A DNA stretch of 30,092 nt from Candidatus Bathyarchaeota archaeon (GTDB lineage: Archaea; Thermoproteota; Bathyarchaeia; Bathyarchaeales; DTEX01), in the NCBI GenBank assembly GCA_021162225.1, contig JAGGZB010000078.1, forward strand, positions 1-30,092. The letters are read 5' to 3'. The notes beneath the pieces were generated by a model. That model was not told the DNA's origin, searched no databases, and worked only from the letters and a program-made list of their open reading frames with translations. Shown one piece after another: positions 25,651-30,092 of this stretch (its first letter is position 1; each line of letters opens with the position of its first letter). The translations under genes and the position numbers were made by a program.

Positions 25651-25672
25651 TTTTATTAAGTCGATCAGATCG
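25651..25672 (+). promoter_or_regulatory. Putative TATA (TTTTATTAAG) followed by palindrome CGATC-A-GATCG in the divergent URO-D/etfB region
   Basis: Directly read at 25651-25660 and 25662-25672. Confidence 0.35.
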
Positions 25673-25762
25673 CTGTTTCCTTAGAAAAAAAGCAACAAAA
25701 CTTTAGTCTTAGAAAAGCTACAAGAAGCACGACTGGCTTCTGTAAAAGGTGGTGGAGAGTCG

Positions 25763-26572
25763 TTGATTAATCAGCTCAATATAATTGTTCTTTTAAAGCA
25801 GGTTCCAGATATCGAGAAGGTAAAGTTTGACTTTAAAACCGGTAGGATTGATAGAAGCTCTGCGGAGGCAGTGATCAACCCCTTCGATCTAAATGCTTTG
25901 GAGGCCGCGGTTGAGATAAAAGAGAAGGTTGGAGCGAGAATAACAGCGATAAGCATGGGTCCGAAAACCGCTGAGGCGTCTCTGAGAGATGCTATTGCGA
26001 GGGGCGCTGATAATGCTATTTTATTAACAGACAAGCGTTTCGCCGGAGCCGATACTCTGGCAACATCATACACGCTTGCCTGCGCCATCAGAAAAGTCGG
26101 CTCATATGATTTGGTAATATGCGGGGAGAAGACGATAGATGGAGATACGGCGCAGGTCGGTCCAGAAGTTGCTGAGTTTCTCGGAGTTCCACACGTAGCC
26201 TACGTGGAGGAGATACGCGAAGTTAAGCGGGATAGGATACTTGTAAAATCTAAGATGGGAAGAAACTATTACATTATCGAATTGAAGTTTCCAGGACTAA
26301 TAACAGTTACAAAAGATGTGAATACTCCTCGTCTCCCATCTCTTAAGGATAAGATTCGGTCAAGAAAAGCTGAAATAACTGTTTGGAATGCTGATTCGTT
26401 CTCAGACTTAGCTGATGAAAGATACTTCGGCGCCGCTGGTTCTCCCACAACCGTTGCCAAGGTATATGTTCCTAAAGCCGAGAGGAGGAAGGGTAAAATC
26501 TTCCGCGGCGACTTAGAGAGAGCCGCTAAGGAAATCGCGACTGTTCTCAGAGAGGCGCATGTGATCAGGTGA
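25763..26572 (+). CDS. etfB: Electron transfer flavoprotein subunit beta (FixA/LctB-like)
   Basis: LKQVPD, INPFD, SMGP, GADTLATS, DGDTAQVGP, GSPT motifs. Confidence 0.96.
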   Translation: MINQLNIIVLLKQVPDIEKVKFDFKTGRIDRSSAEAVINPFDLNALEAAVEIKEKVGARITAISMGPKTAEASLRDAIARGADNAILLTDKRFAGADTLATSYTLACAIRKVGSYDLVICGEKTIDGDTAQVGPEVAEFLGVPHVAYVEEIREVKRDRILVKSKMGRNYYIIELKFPGLITVTKDVNTPRLPSLKDKIRSRKAEITVWNADSFSDLADERYFGAAGSPTTVAKVYVPKAERRKGKIFRGDLERAAKEIATVLREAHVIR

Positions 26573-26578
26573 GTCGGC

Positions 26579-27574
26579 ATGAAGAGGCATGGTGATGTTC
26601 TAGTATTCGCCGAGAATAACGACGGCAAAGTTCATCCAGTCTCGTATGAGCTCCTTGGGAAAGGGAGGGAGCTAGCGGACAGTTTAGGAGTAGACCTAAA
26701 TGCGGTACTTCTCGGATGGAGGATGGAAGATGAAGCCTTTGAGCTAATCTATCGGGGAGCAGACAAAGTCTTTCTATATGATCATCCAAGCCTGGAAGAG
26801 TTTGATGTGATAAGATATACGCGTAATATAGTCAAGATGGTGAGAGAGACCAAGCCTGACATATTCTTAGTGGGCGCGACGCGCATCGGTAGAACTCTAG
26901 CGCCTAGAATAGCGGCGGCTCTGAGAACCGGCCTCACAGCTGACTGTGTAGATCTAAAGCTAGATGAGGAAGGAAACCTAGTCCAGGTTAGGCCTGCATT
27001 CAGCGGAAACATAATGGCTCAGATAGTGACTAAGACTAGGCCTCAGATGGCGACTGTTAGATACAAAGTGATGAAGATGCCTGAGAGAGATGCGGGAAGA
27101 GAGGGTGAAATAATTAGGACGAAGGTTGATGTTATCGAGGAGACGGGCATGAGAATAGTCGAGAAGACGCGTGCTGATGAGGTTGAGATAGCTGAGGCAG
27201 ATGTTATAGTCTCTGGGGGACGGGGGCTTAAGAGGCCTGAGGACTTCAGCCTCCTTGAGGAACTCGCCAGCCTTCTAGGAGGAGTTGTCGGCTCAAGCAG
27301 ACCCCTTGTAGATGCCGGCTGGATAAGCAAGGATCACCAAGTTGGGTTCAGCGGAAACACGGTTAAGCCAAGGGTTTATATAGCCTGCGGGATCTCCGGC
27401 TCCCCGCAGCATCTTTTCGGAATGAGGGACTCGGATATAATAATAGCTGTCAACAAGGATCCTACCGCTCCCATATTTAATGTTTCGGATTATGGGGTTG
27501 TGGGTGACCTTTATGAGTTCATACCATTATTGATACGTGAAGTTAAGCGTTTGATTGGGGGAGGGCAGGAGTGA
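26579..27574 (+). CDS. etfA: Electron transfer flavoprotein subunit alpha (FixB/LctC-like) without an N-terminal ferredoxin domain
   Basis: GLTADC, RPAFSGN, PQMATVR, VSGGRG, QVGFSG..V.P, YIACGISG..QH. Confidence 0.96.
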   Translation: MKRHGDVLVFAENNDGKVHPVSYELLGKGRELADSLGVDLNAVLLGWRMEDEAFELIYRGADKVFLYDHPSLEEFDVIRYTRNIVKMVRETKPDIFLVGATRIGRTLAPRIAAALRTGLTADCVDLKLDEEGNLVQVRPAFSGNIMAQIVTKTRPQMATVRYKVMKMPERDAGREGEIIRTKVDVIEETGMRIVEKTRADEVEIAEADVIVSGGRGLKRPEDFSLLEELASLLGGVVGSSRPLVDAGWISKDHQVGFSGNTVKPRVYIACGISGSPQHLFGMRDSDIIIAVNKDPTAPIFNVSDYGVVGDLYEFIPLLIREVKRLIGGGQE

Positions 27575-28956
27575 GGATAAGCATTAAGGAGGTTACTGAG
27601 GGGCTTAAGAGCATAGTTGGGGAAGAATGGGTCATCACCGAACGGGAATCCATGGAAGGATACTTGAGGGATGAAACCCCAGATGCCATAAGGCCTAAGG
27701 CTGCCGAGAACCTCGTTCTCGTGAAGCCATCCTCAACTAGAGAGGTTTCGGAGATTCTTAGATACGCGAATGAGATGCTTGTTCCGGTCTTTCCAGTCGG
27801 CGGGAGAACAGGCCTAGTAGGCGGATGCGTGCCAATAGAGGATGGAATAATCCTCTCACTTGAGAGGATGAACAAGATAGAGGTTGATGTTGAAAACTTG
27901 ATGGCCGTAGCAGAGGCTGGAGCCACATTAGGCGATCTCATTAAGGCGGCTGATGAAGCTGGCTTATTCTTTCCGCTACATCCTGGTGATGAAGGGGCGC
28001 AGATAGGCGGGTTAATCGCCACCAACGCCGGAGGGGTCAGAGCGGTCAAATATGGCGTAATGAGAAACTACGTGAAAGGAGTCGAGATAATCCTTCCGAC
28101 AGGCGAGATTCTTAATCTTGGAGGTATGCTTATTAAGAACAATATGGGCTACGACCTCATGCACCTAATAATAGGAAGCGAGGGAACACTCTGTGTGGTG
28201 ACTAAGGCGATATTGAAACTTTATCCGAGAAGCAGATATTCAGTAACGCTGATCCTTCCCTTTAATAAACGGGAAGACGCCATACGAGCGGTCCCAGAGA
28301 TTCTGAGGTCGGGCGTGACCCCTCTGGCAATCGAGTATGTTGGGCTGAAGGAGCTGAACGCCGCGGCTAACCACCTAGGTGAGGAGTGGCCAGTACAGAG
28401 CGGAGATGCACAGTTGCTCATAATACTCTCCGGCTCGAGCGAGGATGAAGTATACTCAGCATGTGAGAGAATCTCTGAAGTTGCCGAGAAGAATAATGCC
28501 GGGGAGGCTCTGATCGCCGAGACCCATGATGAGCAGGAGAGGATCCTAAAGGTTAGAAGCAACATATACACGGCTCTGAAAAGGGATATGGTTGACATAT
28601 TGGACGCTACGGTTCCGATGAGTAGACTTTTAGACCTCATGATAAAGATAGATGAGCTATCTAAGAGGTATGGAGCCTACCTGCCAGTCTACGGTCACGC
28701 CGGAGACGGAAACCTCCATGTGCACGTGATGAAGGAGAACGGGGAAGTTCCCAGCTATGCTGATGACTTGAAGGGGGAGATCTACGAGGCCACCGTTAGC
28801 CTCGGAGGGGTTATAACGGGCGAGCATGGCGTGGGAAGGCTGAGAATTAAAGAGTTCCATAGGTTCCTATCGGAGAAGGAGAGAAATCTAATGAGAGAGA
28901 TTAAACGCGTATTCGACCCAAACAACATACTAAACCCCGGAAAAATCTTCCCCTAA
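27571..28956 (+). CDS. FAD-linked 2-hydroxyacid dehydrogenase (GlcD / LctD / D-lactate dehydrogenase family)
   Basis: GGRTGLVGG, IGGLIATNAGG, GSEGTL, GHAGDGNLHVH, GEHGVG, DPNNILNPGK; 4-nt overlap with etfA. Confidence 0.92.
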   Translation: MRISIKEVTEGLKSIVGEEWVITERESMEGYLRDETPDAIRPKAAENLVLVKPSSTREVSEILRYANEMLVPVFPVGGRTGLVGGCVPIEDGIILSLERMNKIEVDVENLMAVAEAGATLGDLIKAADEAGLFFPLHPGDEGAQIGGLIATNAGGVRAVKYGVMRNYVKGVEIILPTGEILNLGGMLIKNNMGYDLMHLIIGSEGTLCVVTKAILKLYPRSRYSVTLILPFNKREDAIRAVPEILRSGVTPLAIEYVGLKELNAAANHLGEEWPVQSGDAQLLIILSGSSEDEVYSACERISEVAEKNNAGEALIAETHDEQERILKVRSNIYTALKRDMVDILDATVPMSRLLDLMIKIDELSKRYGAYLPVYGHAGDGNLHVHVMKENGEVPSYADDLKGEIYEATVSLGGVITGEHGVGRLRIKEFHRFLSEKERNLMREIKRVFDPNNILNPGKIFP

Positions 28957-29125
28957 AATAATTAAGTTGCCGTTTCTCTTCGTTTCCCACATCTGAGAAG
29001 CCGCAAGCTTATTCCAAATGAATTTTGAATGATCCCCGAAATCCGGCTCAAAAGCTTTTTCTCTCATATCCATATTCAAAGGATAGAGAAATTTCCGTAC
29101 GTTCGAATCGATATGTTGCTTTTAC

Positions 29126-29137
29126 AAACTTTATATA
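29126..29137 (+). promoter_or_regulatory. Putative BRE/TATA in the long intergenic region before the MBL gene
   Basis: AAACTTTATATA, a good match to the archaeal TATA consensus; ~140 nt from the downstream start. Confidence 0.4.
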
Positions 29138-29273
29138 GAATTTTTCGCAGCAGCGCACCATATTCCTTCAAGCAATATCCTTAAGTACCGAGGGATTATT
29201 AGGATTTACTTCCTTATGGAAAGCCCGCTGAAGAAGCAACTGATAAATCGGGTTATCCTTAGCGTCTAGTCAA

Positions 29274-29918
29274 GTGATGGATATGATAGAGTCCATGACT
29301 GTAGGCGTCCTCGCAACGAATTGCTATCTTCTTCTATGCGATAATACCCATGAATCTCTCATTATAGATCCCGGATTCTCCGTTGAAGAAGCGAATGCCG
29401 TCTTGGAGAAGATACGGCGAAGCCGGGCTAAGGTGAAATATATAGTTAACACGCATGGACACTTCGACCACATAAGCGGAAATAGTCTTCTCAAAGACGC
29501 TCTGAAGGCTGAGATCCTTATACATAAAGACGACGCGTGCATGCTCACAGATCCGCATAGAAACCTATCGTACATGCTTGGCCTTGCCATCTCATCTCCG
29601 AAGCCTGACAGACTGCTTGAGGATGGCGAAAAGATAGAAGTCGGAGAATTACAGCTCATAGTAATGCATACCCCTGGACATACAGAAGGAAGTATCTCCC
29701 TATATTGGGAGGCGGAAAATGCAGTATTCACTGGCGACACGCTCTTCGCAGGCTCCGTTGGGAGAACCGATCTCCCTGGAGCCTCCCTACAAAAACTCCT
29801 AAAATCATTGAATGATAGACTCCTAAAGCTCCCAGACGAAACCATAGTTTATCCAGGCCACGGCGGAAAGACAACTATCGGCAGAGAAAGAAGAACAAAT
29901 CCATTTCTCAACTTATAA
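29274..29918 (+). CDS. MBL-fold metallo-hydrolase (glyoxalase II / YcbL-like); start may be ATG 29277
   Basis: TNCY, IIDPG, THGHFDH (HxHxDH), HTPGHT, FTGDTLF, GRTDLPG, PGHG, ER..NPF. Confidence 0.93.
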   Translation: MMDMIESMTVGVLATNCYLLLCDNTHESLIIDPGFSVEEANAVLEKIRRSRAKVKYIVNTHGHFDHISGNSLLKDALKAEILIHKDDACMLTDPHRNLSYMLGLAISSPKPDRLLEDGEKIEVGELQLIVMHTPGHTEGSISLYWEAENAVFTGDTLFAGSVGRTDLPGASLQKLLKSLNDRLLKLPDETIVYPGHGGKTTIGRERRTNPFLNL

Positions 29919-30092
29919 AGCCTCACATTAGAGATAAATTCTCAAGCAGAGTACTAAGATTCAGTCCATCTCCAGAAGAATAACCAGCACTAGATTAATC
30001 CATAGCATAAAAGAGACCAAAAAAGTGGAGAGCCGTTGGAGATCGGCAGCGGGACATAAATTGAGTTTTGACGATAACCTTTCTTCAAGCGA

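Noticed and set aside
26563-26581. EtfB stop TGA is in frame with the EtfA ATG (AGG TGA GTC GGC ATG), suggesting Sec read-through or a beta-alpha fusion
   Set aside because: The TGA is part of the GGTGA ribosome-binding site for etfA, an ordinary archaeal coupling arrangement. The position is not a plausible Cys/Sec catalytic site and I see no SECIS evidence.
26570-28956. Impression of higher GC in etfA-dehydrogenase, suggesting separate acquisition
   Set aside because: Hand counts of a few 60-nt lines were inconsistent; a sliding-window GC and codon analysis is needed.
29096-29114. GTTCGAATC resembling a tRNA T-loop
   Set aside because: The flanks do not form a 5-bp T stem and no cloverleaf can be drawn.
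949-29845. The many short nested or antisense ORFs in the six-frame track (for example 2774-3097, 15442-15846, 20268-20813, 20788-21147, 27543-28049, 29324-29845)
   Set aside because: All overlap well-supported genes, show the S/L/F/P-rich composition of shadow frames and carry no recognisable motifs.
29919-30092. Possible gene fragment at the right edge
   Set aside because: Two minus-strand frames and one plus-strand TTG start are each open for a short distance; none can be favoured.
1-30092. CRISPR arrays, rRNA, IS elements, riboswitches, C/D-box sRNAs
   Set aside because: I saw no regularly spaced repeats, transposase motifs, terminal inverted repeats, rRNA-like sequence or convincing box C/D pairs.

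Overview
Archaeal window, most consistent with a TACK lineage such as Bathyarchaeia. This is an inference from archaeal-type ProRS, aIF-2beta next to DUF424, TATA-like promoters, GGTGA ribosome-binding sites, a TM-anchored sugar-binding protein and the MtrH/corrinoid/URO-D content. The left ~1.9 kb is the right-hand edge of a probable integrated element: an intact tyrosine integrase starts 52 nt after the 3' end of an intronless tRNA-Cys(GCA). A short housekeeping block follows (DUF424, aIF-2beta, proS). The remaining ~25 kb is an accessory metabolic region with three modules. (1) Glycan/amino-sugar uptake and breakdown: GHL6-like hydrolase, SIS protein, heparinase II/III-like protein, class III aminotransferase, PHP metallohydrolase, an intact plus a degenerate amidohydrolase, and a CUT1 ABC importer. 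(2) A candidate complete corrinoid methyl-transfer system: MtrH/MtgA-like MT2, corrinoid protein, a 98-aa unknown, RACo-type activator and two URO-D-family MT1 candidates. (3) EtfB/EtfA with a FAD-linked 2-hydroxyacid dehydrogenase, followed by an MBL hydrolase. The modules are joined by two divergent promoter regions (ABC ATPase with mtrH-like; URO-D with etfB). The leading hypothesis, which is inference and untested, is an anaerobic cobamide-dependent pathway that demethylates imported methylated sugars or their fragments. No database searches or computations were run; all calls come from motif recognition.
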